From assembly GCA_016187125.1 (NCBI GenBank), contig JACPKF010000001.1:102931-166930 (forward strand): a stretch of DNA of 64,000 nt, given 5' to 3'. The first letter of the stretch is position 1; each line of letters begins with the position of its first letter. Positions 25,864 through 34,554 of the stretch are shown here, in pieces. The translations under genes were made by a program, and so were the position numbers. Under the pieces are notes generated by a model, which searched no databases, was not told the origin of the DNA, and saw only the letters and a program-made list of their open reading frames with translations. The stretch is from Candidatus Saccharimonadota bacterium (lineage in GTDB: Bacteria; Patescibacteriota; Saccharimonadia; Saccharimonadales; UBA10212).

Positions 25864-25937
25864 CCCGATAGAAGTCCAATTCACTACCAGTAAATTGGCA
25901 GGTTTTATCTTTGATAAAAAACTTACTTCTAACGGGA
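25863..25937. mobile_element. MITE-like palindromic element, copy D (short form)
   Basis: Minus strand: ATGAA|TCCCGTTAGAAGTAAG ... GGACTTCTATCGGGA|TGGG. Termini match copy C (TCCCGTTAGAGGTAAG ... GGACTTCTAGCGGGA). The terminal A is the first base of the gatC ATG. Confidence 0.65.
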
Positions 25938-26067
25938 TTCATATCCTTGCTGTAAGTATACCAGAGGCTAAAGTTTAGTCTTAACTCTTGCCCCGTACTA
26001 AATCCTGAGTGGAGTAGTCTGCAATCATTTTACGAAACTTCAAGTTTTTTGTGCTGGGGTCGGCGTA

Positions 26068-28038
26068 TTACATTTTAGATTTAATTTCACTTATCAAATC
26101 CCTCAACTCTGCTGCTTTCTCAAACTCCAAGTTGGCGGCCGCCAGGTCCATCTGGGCCGTCAAGTCGTGGATCAAGTGTTTATACTCGTCTTTGGGTATT
26201 TTTTTGAGATCCAATTTGATCCGCCGGCTAGCGGATTCTTCTTTGACAGCGCGTGGCAGCATTTCACTAACTTCACGGCTAATGCTGCGCGGCGTGATGT
26301 CATGTTTAAGATTATATTCTTCTTGAATCAGTCGGCGCCGGTTGGTCTCGTCAATTGCCCGTTGCATACTGCCGGTAACATGGTCGGCATACATAATGAC
26401 TCTCCCCTGCTTGTGGCGAGCCGCTCTACCGACAGTCTGAATTAAGGCTTGCTGGGAGCGCAAAAAACCTTCCTTGTCGGCATCCATGATAGCCACTAAA
26501 CTGACTTCCGGCAGATCAAGACCTTCGCGCAGCAAGTTAATACCCACCAACACGTCGTAAACTCCTAGTCGCAGGTCACGCAAAATGTCAGTCCGCTCCA
26601 GTGTTTCAATTTCGCTGTGAATGTAGGCTACCTTCATATTTAGTTCCTGCAGATACTCAGCCAAGTCTTCAGCCATCCGTTTGGTTAATGTTGTTACCAG
26701 CACTCTCTGGCCCCGCCCGACTGTGTCCCGAATTTCGGCAATCAAATCATCGATTTGGCCGTCTATTGGCCGGATTTCTACTTTTGGATCCACTAGCCCA
26801 GTTGGACGGATAACTTGCTGAACTGGTTCGGGGCTGCGCGATAGCTCATATTCGGCCGGCGTGGCGCTGACGTAAATCGTTTGGTTCATATGACGCTCAA
26901 ACTCCGTAAAGGTTAGCGGCCGATTATCAAGCGCGCTAGGCAAGCGAAAACCATGTTCCACCAGTACTTCCTTGCGTGCCCGGTCGCCGTTGTACATACC
27001 ACGCACCTGGGGTACGCTCATGTGCGATTCGTCGATAAACAATAGATAATCATCTGGGAAATAGTCTATCAACGTTGCTGGTTGCTCGCCTTCTTCGCGG
27101 TTGGTCAGGTAGCGACTGTAGTTTTCAATGCCCTTCACAAAGCCAGTTTGTTCTAGCATTTCCAGGTCAAACTTGACGCGCTGTTCCAGGCGCTGGGCTT
27201 CTAGCAGCTTGCCTTCCTTCTTAAAGTAGGCCAGGCGCTGCTCAGTTTCCTGGCGAATTTTGCCTAGCGCCAGCTTGAGTTTGGCTTCCGGCGTCACGTA
27301 GTGGCTGCCTGGGAATATGCTCAAGTTGGTTAAATTCTTCTCGATTTCACCAGTCAGGGGATTTATTTGGGTAATACGTTCCAGCTCGTCGCCAAAAAAT
27401 TCGATGCGGTAGGCCACTTCTTCACCGGTTGGGTAAACATCAACCACATCGCCTCTGACCCGGAAGGTGCTACGCTGAAAATCAATGTCGTTACGGCGGT
27501 ATTGGATATCGGTCAGTCGGCGTAAGAACTTATCGCGCAGCAGTCGCTCGCCCACTTTGAGTTTTATGGTCATGCCGGCGTAATCTTCCACCGAGCCAAT
27601 GCCGTAGATGCAGGAAACGCTGGCAACAATAATTACATCGCGGCGCGAAAGCAGGGCCGCTGTGGCGGAGTGGCGCAAACGCTCGATTTCTTCGTTTATG
27701 TCGCTGTCTTTTTCGATGTAGGTATCGGTGCGCGGCATGTAGGCTTCTGGCTGGTAATAATCAAAGTAGCTGACAAAATAATGCACGGCATTATCCGGGA
27801 AAAACATCTTAAATTCGTTATAAAGCTGAGCTGCTAGGGTCTTGTTGTGGCTAAGCACCAAGGTTGGTTTTTGAATGTTGGCAATAACGTTGGCCATCGT
27901 AAAAGTTTTGCCGCTGCCAGTTACGCCAAGTAGTGTTTGGTGGCTAAGCTTTTGCTGAAGACCTTTAGTCAATTGAGCAATCGCCGCTGGCTGATCGCCG
28001 GTCGGTTTATAGTCAGCCTTAAGAACAAACTTAGCCAT
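26068..28038 (-). CDS. uvrB: Excinuclease ABC subunit B
   Basis: [12 protein letters not shown] Walker A, helicase motifs (DESH), C-terminal UVR domain ([10 protein letters not shown]). Confidence 0.97.
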   Translation of the reverse strand: MAKFVLKADYKPTGDQPAAIAQLTKGLQQKLSHQTLLGVTGSGKTFTMANVIANIQKPTLVLSHNKTLAAQLYNEFKMFFPDNAVHYFVSYFDYYQPEAYMPRTDTYIEKDSDINEEIERLRHSATAALLSRRDVIIVASVSCIYGIGSVEDYAGMTIKLKVGERLLRDKFLRRLTDIQYRRNDIDFQRSTFRVRGDVVDVYPTGEEVAYRIEFFGDELERITQINPLTGEIEKNLTNLSIFPGSHYVTPEAKLKLALGKIRQETEQRLAYFKKEGKLLEAQRLEQRVKFDLEMLEQTGFVKGIENYSRYLTNREEGEQPATLIDYFPDDYLLFIDESHMSVPQVRGMYNGDRARKEVLVEHGFRLPSALDNRPLTFTEFERHMNQTIYVSATPAEYELSRSPEPVQQVIRPTGLVDPKVEIRPIDGQIDDLIAEIRDTVGRGQRVLVTTLTKRMAEDLAEYLQELNMKVAYIHSEIETLERTDILRDLRLGVYDVLVGINLLREGLDLPEVSLVAIMDADKEGFLRSQQALIQTVGRAARHKQGRVIMYADHVTGSMQRAIDETNRRRLIQEEYNLKHDITPRSISREVSEMLPRAVKEESASRRIKLDLKKIPKDEYKHLIHDLTAQMDLAAANLEFEKAAELRDLISEIKSKM

Positions 28039-28070
28039 CTCCTAAATTGTAGCAATTATCAGTAACTCTT

Positions 28071-28646
28071 TTATTGAACGAGGGTGGCTGTTTTGAAAGC
28101 TTCCGTAAGTTCTGTAAATAACTTACCAGCTTCATGTTGAGCCAAACCTGCGTCTACTTTTGGATTAGTGCAAGTAGTGATACCGTTTGGTTGACTCCCC
28201 TCAATATAAAAATTATCGAATTGTTTTAATGGTGGACCCTCAGTAGGTCCGGCAGTGTTTGGTGAATACTGTCCGTCAAGTTTATCAATAGCACCGAAAT
28301 TACCAGGACTATTGGAATCTACCTTTTGGTTATAACATTGCTCGACGGCGTCACTCATAGAGGGGCTCCCTAGATAAAGGACGGTGGAAGTACCGCCCTG
28401 GTTATTTTTACGACTCTCAACTTTGTAGCTTAGGCCTTTCAAAGCATCAGGTAAGGTTATTTTTACTCCCAGTTCCTTAAAGACAAACTCGTTATCCTTT
28501 TTAGTAGCAAGTGGTGGTGTTTTAGAATGTTGGGCGTGCCAGACGTAGTAGCCGCCAAAGCTAATAACAGCTAAAATCAGAACAATCAACAGTGACTCTA
28601 CTAGCCCGAAGCCTACCGAAACTTCCCTTGCCCGCCTAAACTTCAA
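28071..28646 (-). CDS. Type IV pilin-like protein (prepilin-type N-terminus)
   Basis: Basic leader MKFRRAREVSVG, then FGLVESLLIVLILAVISF (G|F...E at +5, hydrophobic helix). TTG start. Confidence 0.7.
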   Translation of the reverse strand: MKFRRAREVSVGFGLVESLLIVLILAVISFGGYYVWHAQHSKTPPLATKKDNEFVFKELGVKITLPDALKGLSYKVESRKNNQGGTSTVLYLGSPSMSDAVEQCYNQKVDSNSPGNFGAIDKLDGQYSPNTAGPTEGPPLKQFDNFYIEGSQPNGITTCTNPKVDAGLAQHEAGKLFTELTEAFKTATLVQ

Positions 28647-28774
28647 GGGAGTTTGCGTGGGTGAAATTTTGCGGACAAGCCATTTTGGTTATGCTTTTTC
28701 ATAAACCTAGATATAGGCTTAAGCAAATAGGAACACAAGCGCTCCAAAGATTAACCTCCCCTTTCTTGTTCCGG

Positions 28775-28788
28775 TGTTCTTAAGAACA
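28775..28788. promoter_or_regulatory. Candidate operator palindrome upstream of the ArsR-family gene
   Basis: TGTTCTTAAGAACA followed by TAAGAATA. GTTCTTAAGAACAT(A/T)AGAATA recurs at 29085-29105, at the 3' end of the same gene. Confidence 0.5.
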
Positions 28789-28830
28789 TAAGAATATGTG
28801 GTAAAATTATAGATATTTAGCCTGGGAGAT

Positions 28831-29106
28831 TTGATAGTGTTAAGTTTTCGTCAGTTGGAAAAACATGTGAAGGGCTTTGCTAATCACCGCCGTATTCAAA
28901 TCATGGTATTGCTGAGCGCGGAGCCTGGACTGTCTTTGCTGGACATAGCCGAGAAACTAAAAATCAATTTTAAAACCGCAGGCGACCATACCCGGCGCCT
29001 ACATCATGCCGGTTTGATTACTAAAAAACATCGTTCAGCCGCTGTAGCTCATGAAGTCAGTCATCGAGGCAAAGTTGTTCTGAAGTTCTTAAGAACATTA
29101 GAATAG
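28831..29106 (+). CDS. ArsR/SmtB-family winged-helix transcriptional regulator
   Basis: FANHRRIQIMVLLSAEPGLSLLDIAEKLKINFKTAGDHTRRLHHAGLI (HTH_5-like). 91 aa. Confidence 0.8.
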   Translation: MIVLSFRQLEKHVKGFANHRRIQIMVLLSAEPGLSLLDIAEKLKINFKTAGDHTRRLHHAGLITKKHRSAAVAHEVSHRGKVVLKFLRTLE

Positions 29107-29133
29107 TGTGAAACTGTAGTTATTCGCCAAGTG

Positions 29134-29706
29134 CTATTCGTAAATCTTGTGGTAGGGTTTGTGGAGTTTATCGAGTAACTTGATAAGTTTGCCAACTAAT
29201 ATGTCTGGATCTTTTTCAAAAATTACAAATTCTGGATCAATATTAGGTAACGTATCTACCAGCTTAATAATTTCGTCACTGATGCCACCGGCGCCTTCTA
29301 AAAAAGCAATTGGGGTGTGGGTTTCCATAGCGATAGTAAACTCATGCAGTGTACCCAGACGGCCGCCAATACTTATTACTGCGTCAGCCGAATTAATCAG
29401 CAGGGCGTCGCGGCCAACATAGTGCAGGCCCGTATATAAAATTAGATCAAAACAACCTGTTGGCAGGCGATATTTTAGCACGTGCTCAACCTTAGTAGCC
29501 GCCGGGCTAATCCCCAAGCTAGCCGCGCCGCCGGCTTTTTTATAGGCCAGCGCGGCATATTCCGGCAGGCCAGACGTGGCACCGGTCAACAAACTATGGC
29601 CGGCTTTAGCTAGCGACTTACCGATAGCACTTGCTAACTCCTTTCCCTGCTCAACGGTCTGGCCTTTGGCGCTGCCGGATACACAAATTTGATATTTTGT
29701 GCTCAC
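29134..29706 (-). CDS. LOG / TIGR00725-family Rossmann protein (nucleotide N-ribohydrolase-like)
   Basis: ICVSGSA...LLTGATSGLPEYAA ... ISIGGRLGTLHEF (matches the LOG motif PGGxGTxxE). GTG start with GGAGG 6 nt upstream, abutting the stop of the preceding gene. Confidence 0.7.
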   Translation of the reverse strand: MSTKYQICVSGSAKGQTVEQGKELASAIGKSLAKAGHSLLTGATSGLPEYAALAYKKAGGAASLGISPAATKVEHVLKYRLPTGCFDLILYTGLHYVGRDALLINSADAVISIGGRLGTLHEFTIAMETHTPIAFLEGAGGISDEIIKLVDTLPNIDPEFVIFEKDPDILVGKLIKLLDKLHKPYHKIYE

Positions 29707-30765
29707 TTAAGCCTCCGCGTATTCAACCACCAGTTTAGTCGATAAACTAGGCTTTTTTAGTTTGGCAGTTCCGGGAGACAACTGGTTGGAAAGTTTGGAT
29801 AAAATTTCGGCGTCTGTAGATATGTAAGCCTGATAACGGCGTAAAAGCTCTTTCCACAAAGACTCTTGACCAAAATGCACCGATCTACTGCCATAATCAG
29901 CCGCTTGTAAGTGACTCAAAGCTATATCTTTGAGGTTAAGTGAAACTGCCTCGCCACCGTGTTGAGATATCAGATGCGCGGTGTTAAACCACCAATTAAG
30001 GACTGGATGTAAGTTGGCCATTACTCTTGGCTGGCTCTTTACGCCTAGGACTTCCGCGGCATCTGCTAGCAGCAGGCTTAGATTTAAAACGGAGGCTTTT
30101 TCAAGTTTTGCTGCCGGCCATAGCGCGACCGCACCAACTAACTTGCTAGCGGCGGTAAACCGAGCTGGCCCTGTCCAGAACCTTAAACGCTCATTCGACA
30201 GCTTTGCAAGATTAAGCGGTTGCATAATCCAGTTGACAGTAGTTAAACTGTTCGCCGATCTTGTCAAGGCTTTGCTCCATGTAGATGATTCTACAACTGA
30301 GGCCATTAAGTATATCTCAGATACTGCTTCCCTTTTAAGCAAAGAGTTAACCGAGCGGTAATTTAGCAGCTTCATTAATTTCTTGGGCGGAAGTGCCAGG
30401 AGCAGCTGTTTGGCGGCAGTCGGTTTTAAGGCCCACACTTCTTGGCCTTTGAATAGGTGTTTGGTTAAATCAACCGCCAAATCCATTTTACGGTCCAAGC
30501 TCATGTCTATATCCGCGCCTATAGCTCGATCTATCTGGCTAGTATCGTTTCTGAAACGAGCTAGCAGCGCGTGATAGAGTTCCTGGCTGGTTGTATCGTC
30601 AGGGTCAAGACCTAACTGAGTCATTTTTTGGCGAAGCTTCAGCCCGTTGTCAGCCACTAAACGCACATCTTCGCTGGGAAAACCAGCCAATTTTTCCAAC
30701 TCCCAGACAGCCTCGCCAATAAGTTGTTCGGGCTTGCCCAGCATGACAGATAAAGTTTTTGACAT
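29707..30765 (-). CDS. Hypothetical protein, 352 aa, no recognisable motif
   Basis: Long ORF tightly packed between the PfkB kinase (4-nt gap) and the LOG-like gene (0-nt gap). No TM segment and no catalytic motif that I can name. Confidence 0.6.
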   Translation of the reverse strand: MSKTLSVMLGKPEQLIGEAVWELEKLAGFPSEDVRLVADNGLKLRQKMTQLGLDPDDTTSQELYHALLARFRNDTSQIDRAIGADIDMSLDRKMDLAVDLTKHLFKGQEVWALKPTAAKQLLLALPPKKLMKLLNYRSVNSLLKREAVSEIYLMASVVESSTWSKALTRSANSLTTVNWIMQPLNLAKLSNERLRFWTGPARFTAASKLVGAVALWPAAKLEKASVLNLSLLLADAAEVLGVKSQPRVMANLHPVLNWWFNTAHLISQHGGEAVSLNLKDIALSHLQAADYGSRSVHFGQESLWKELLRRYQAYISTDAEILSKLSNQLSPGTAKLKKPSLSTKLVVEYAEA

Positions 30766-30769
30766 CAGG

Positions 30770-31777
30770 TTATTTTAGTCTTTCTGGATGATACCATGGC
30801 GGCGCCACTCGCAAATACTGCTCGATCTCCGCCTGAGTCAGAAGACCGGCCTGGGCGCCGACGCTCTGGACCACGCTCATAGCGTTGATCGGCGCCCAAA
30901 GTAGTGCGCCTTGTATGTCGGCCCCTTGCATAATGGCTGCCACAAAGGTTGAGGTAAAAGCATCGCCGGCGCCGGTGCGATCATAAGGTGGTTTATGGTC
31001 CGGGTAGATCGGCATTTTGTACCTGTTTTGGCCATCGCTAGCATAGGCACCGGCGTGCCCATCACTAATCATCACGATTTTAGGTCCGAGTTCATGTAGA
31101 CGATCAAACAAATCATGAATGTCATGATGATTGCCGCCCGAAATGGTTGTAGCTTCTTCCCGATTAACGGCTAATATTTCGCTGCGCTGATAGATTTTTT
31201 TCAAGCGGGTCGGGCCAGCCTTAATCTGAAAAGTCCCAGGCTGAAAGGCCAACTTTATTGGCGGATGCCGTTCTAACCAAGCCACTAGCTGGTCGTGATA
31301 TTGTTCAGTATGTTGGCTAACCGAACTAAAATAAATCCATTTAGGGATGTCAATGATGCGGAAACGCGGCCAGTGGTAGGCATACTCCTCGTGCTTGATC
31401 AAGATCGTCCGGTCTTCTTTATACCAAAGCACGTAATGATAGTTGCTTTTTTGGCCGTGGTTGATATGAACAAAACGAGTATCAACGTCGGCCTTATGCA
31501 AAGCAGCTAGAATGTCGCGGCCCCAATCATCATCGCCGACATTAGAGACTAAACCACTGTCAAAACCCAATTTGGCAAAGGCTACAGAAGCGTTGGAAGC
31601 ATTGCCGACTGCTGGAACCACTTCGGCGAAATCAAAGGGTATTTTTGTGCCAAAAGGGATCTTTAATACTAGCCCGGATGGCGTCTTTTCCACATGCTCT
31701 AACTCATCGAACAACTTAATAAAGGCATCAATTACAACGTCACCCACCGCTAGTACATCAAGCTGTTTTTGACTCAT
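30770..31777 (-). CDS. PfkB-family sugar/nucleoside kinase
   Basis: N-terminal GDVVIDAF, NASNASVAFAKLG, C-terminal DRTGAGDAFTSTFVAA (PfkB signature 2). Confidence 0.85.
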   Translation of the reverse strand: MSQKQLDVLAVGDVVIDAFIKLFDELEHVEKTPSGLVLKIPFGTKIPFDFAEVVPAVGNASNASVAFAKLGFDSGLVSNVGDDDWGRDILAALHKADVDTRFVHINHGQKSNYHYVLWYKEDRTILIKHEEYAYHWPRFRIIDIPKWIYFSSVSQHTEQYHDQLVAWLERHPPIKLAFQPGTFQIKAGPTRLKKIYQRSEILAVNREEATTISGGNHHDIHDLFDRLHELGPKIVMISDGHAGAYASDGQNRYKMPIYPDHKPPYDRTGAGDAFTSTFVAAIMQGADIQGALLWAPINAMSVVQSVGAQAGLLTQAEIEQYLRVAPPWYHPERLK

Positions 31778-31880
31778 ACTTCTTACGGCTATTTTAGCAT
31801 AAGCTCAGTAGTGAGCCCGCCTTGGGTGGATCTACTACTGAGAAAAATCTCTTTCAATCTAAAATCCTAATGGATCTTAA

Positions 31881-31988
31881 TTTTACCCCACTTTTGGTCC
31901 GAGCCTACTTCGCCGTAGTAGGCTACGATCTATTCTCCGTAGTACTACGAAGGACGAAAGGCTGAATCGGACCAAATGTGGGGTAAAA
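31881..31988 (+). repeat. Element R2 copy 1, nested in a 22-bp inverted repeat
   Basis: ttttaccccacttttggtccga (31881-31902) and tcggaccaaatgtggggtaaaa (31967-31988) flank GCCTACTTCGCCGTAGTAGGCTACGATCTATTCTCCGTAGTACTACGAAGGACGAAAGGC. That core recurs at 41941-42006. Confidence 0.75.
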
Positions 31989-32079
31989 AGATAAGTCAGT
32001 ATCATTTAGCTAGATAAAAGAAGTTGCGGCCTTCGATCGCCACTAACTACCAGGCTTTGACTACGTTCTTCCAATAGGC

Positions 32080-32991
32080 TTATGATTTAGCCTTACCGGC
32101 AGAATTGAACATATCTATTTTGCTTTCGACTACTTTTTGGACTTCGTCAATGACCTTGCCCATTAGTTTGACTACGGCATATTCAGATTTATTTTCGGCT
32201 AGTACCTTTTCTAGCGTGTTGCGATAAGCGATGCGCAGGTCGCTGTTGATGTTGACTTTGGTCACACCGATCTTAGCAGCCTCGATAAAATAATGGGCTG
32301 GCGTGCCACTACCGCCATGCAAACTTATGTTGCAATCAATCACCTGTCGAATCTGTCGGAGTAAATCTAAATCTAGCACTTTGGGGACTGGATAGAGCCC
32401 ATGCAAGTTGCCTATTTGAGCGGCAAAAGTGTCTATGGCGGTTCTATGCACAAAATCAGCCGCTTCTTCGGGCTTAGTCTCATATTTTTTGACTTCATCA
32501 TAATCAATATTTTCGGTGTGCAGGTTGGACGAACCCAAAAAGTAACGTTCTTCGGCTTCAACTAATGCGCCGGTTTGCTTGGCGGCTGCGACCACTTGTT
32601 TGGTGCCGGCAATAATTTCTTCGCGCGAGGCCTCATGTTTAGCCTGGGAAATGTCAATGTGGATACACTCAAACCCAGCCTTAATACCGGCGATAGCATT
32701 CTCCACCGTTGGGCTGTGGTCTAGATTAATGTACATTTCAATTTCATACTCAGATTTATAGTTATCAACTAGATCCCGAATATTTTCTAAACCTAGGGCA
32801 TCGACTTCTCCCTTACTGAGTTCTACCAAAACGGGTGCATTTTTAATTCGAGCCGCTCTTGCTACGGCAATTAAGGTTTCCTGATTATCGAGGTTAAAAG
32901 CGCCCAGGGCAAAATGCTCTTTGCGAGCCCGTTCAAAGCAAGCCCGGGCTTTTTTACAGTCTTCTCTAATTTGAGTTACATTACGCGGCAT
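32080..32991 (-). CDS. fba: Class II fructose-bisphosphate aldolase
   Basis: FNLDNQE, YINLDHS, ISLHGGSGT, NINSDLR motifs of class II FBA/tagatose-bisphosphate aldolases. Confidence 0.9.
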   Translation of the reverse strand: MPRNVTQIREDCKKARACFERARKEHFALGAFNLDNQETLIAVARAARIKNAPVLVELSKGEVDALGLENIRDLVDNYKSEYEIEMYINLDHSPTVENAIAGIKAGFECIHIDISQAKHEASREEIIAGTKQVVAAAKQTGALVEAEERYFLGSSNLHTENIDYDEVKKYETKPEEAADFVHRTAIDTFAAQIGNLHGLYPVPKVLDLDLLRQIRQVIDCNISLHGGSGTPAHYFIEAAKIGVTKVNINSDLRIAYRNTLEKVLAENKSEYAVVKLMGKVIDEVQKVVESKIDMFNSAGKAKS

Positions 32992-33068
32992 TAATTTTAT
33001 TGTAAACGCTTGTGCTTGCGTTTCATATCCCAGGTTGTTATTAGTAGTGTATTAATTAAGGAGAAGCA

Positions 33069-33476
33069 ATGAACTATTTAAGATTACACGAAAGAGGGAG
33101 AAGAATAGCTGGGGTCACCGCATTAGTAGCAGCTGGCGCATTAGCAATGGTTGGATATAATCACTTCGAAAAATCTGCTGCTGCATCTAGCACATCGGCT
33201 GTAGCCACACGAGGAGATGGACCGGATGAAGGGTATATTTTCCCTGTTCAAACTGAAACAACCTTCTTTCAAAATGGTACAATGGTGACCAACTATATCG
33301 GAGATCATCGGATACTCAGATCAATTTATAGCAAGTGCCAGGGCCGAGATCTGCTTGATCAAGCTTGGGGTCGCAATATTGTTAGATCAGTTAACGTCCT
33401 AGCATGTGACGACGGGATGCTAACACCTAATGATTATCCAAACAACCCATCGAACAAAAACATAATTAAGAAATAG
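33069..33476 (+). CDS. Small secreted/membrane-anchored hypothetical protein
   Basis: N-terminal basic residues plus a hydrophobic stretch (IAGVTALVAAGALAMVG). Two Cys. The only plus-strand gene in a minus-strand run. Confidence 0.5.
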   Translation: MNYLRLHERGRRIAGVTALVAAGALAMVGYNHFEKSAAASSTSAVATRGDGPDEGYIFPVQTETTFFQNGTMVTNYIGDHRILRSIYSKCQGRDLLDQAWGRNIVRSVNVLACDDGMLTPNDYPNNPSNKNIIKK

Positions 33477-33477
33477 T

Positions 33478-34458
33478 TTAGTGTTTGTGGTTGGTGTGGT
33501 CGGTTAATAATTTTTGGGCAGCTTTGGCAATCGATTCAGCGTCCAGGCCAAAATGTTTAAGTAGTTCTTCCGGCTGACCAGATTCGCCAAACCGGTCTCG
33601 CATACCTATACGCAACATCGGGGTAGGGAGCTGCTCACCTAAAAGCTCGGCAATTGCTCCGCCAAGTCCACCGTTAATTTGGGCTTCCTCGGCCGTTACT
33701 ACATGACGGGTCCGCCCTACACTTTCTAAAATAGTACTATTGTCCAGCGGTTTTAAGGTTGGTACATGAAGTACCTCAGCTTCAATTTTATCTTTAGCCA
33801 GCATATCAGCGGCGGCTAGAGCTTGGTAAGTCATAGTGCCGGTGGCGATGATTGTCACGTCAGTCCCCGGTCGGAAAATATAAGCCTTACCGATCTCAAA
33901 TGGTGTCTGCTCGGTAGTAATAATCGGCGTTGCCTCACGAGCCAAACGCATGTAATTGGGCCTCTTGTCACTAGCCATGGCTATGGTTGCCTTAGCCGCT
34001 TCCAGGCTATCGCAGGGCGCCAGAACCACCATGTTAGGTAAAGCTCTCATTAAAGCCAGGTCCTCCAGCATCTGGTGGGTAGCGCCGTCTGGCCCAACGC
34101 TAACACCGGCATGCGAGCCAATGATTTTTACCGGCCGGTCATTGATGCAAATTGTGGTGCGGATTTGTTCCCAGTTGCGCCCCGGGCTAAAAGCGGCGTA
34201 ACTGCTGACGAAGGGAATTTTGCCCATGGCCGCCAGGCCGGCGCCCATCGTCACTAAGTTTTGTTCGGCAACGCCGACCTCTATAAAACGCTCCGGAAAT
34301 TCCTGGGCGAACAAATGCATCTGGGTTGATTCAGTTAAGTCGGCGCAGGCCGCTACTACATTTTCATCTCGTTTGCCGGCTTCTAACAGACCGCGGCCAA
34401 AACCTTTGCGGATCGGCTCCAGCGCCAGCGGTGGTTTAGCCAAAAAGAGCTCAGCCAT
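33478..34458 (-). CDS. tkt: Transketolase, C-terminal (pyrimidine-binding) subunit
   Basis: FIEVGVAEQNLV, GPDGATHQ, C-terminal domain. GGAG SD upstream of the ATG at 34458. Confidence 0.93.
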   Translation of the reverse strand: MAELFLAKPPLALEPIRKGFGRGLLEAGKRDENVVAACADLTESTQMHLFAQEFPERFIEVGVAEQNLVTMGAGLAAMGKIPFVSSYAAFSPGRNWEQIRTTICINDRPVKIIGSHAGVSVGPDGATHQMLEDLALMRALPNMVVLAPCDSLEAAKATIAMASDKRPNYMRLAREATPIITTEQTPFEIGKAYIFRPGTDVTIIATGTMTYQALAAADMLAKDKIEAEVLHVPTLKPLDNSTILESVGRTRHVVTAEEAQINGGLGGAIAELLGEQLPTPMLRIGMRDRFGESGQPEELLKHFGLDAESIAKAAQKLLTDHTNHKH

Positions 34459-34554
34459 CTACGGTCTCCGCTGGCTCAGTAAAATGTAAAAAGTAAAATG
34501 TAAAATGGCTTTTGTACTGCTTGTTGCTTATTGCTTTTTGCTTATTGCCTACCA
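34459..34554. repeat. Short-period low-complexity spacer between the split transketolase genes
   Basis: gtaaaatgtaaaaagtaaaatgtaaaatgg followed by tgcttgttgcttattgctttttgcttattgcc. The 15-mer cttattgctttttgc recurs at about 58835 in the ABC-transporter spacer. Confidence 0.65.
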
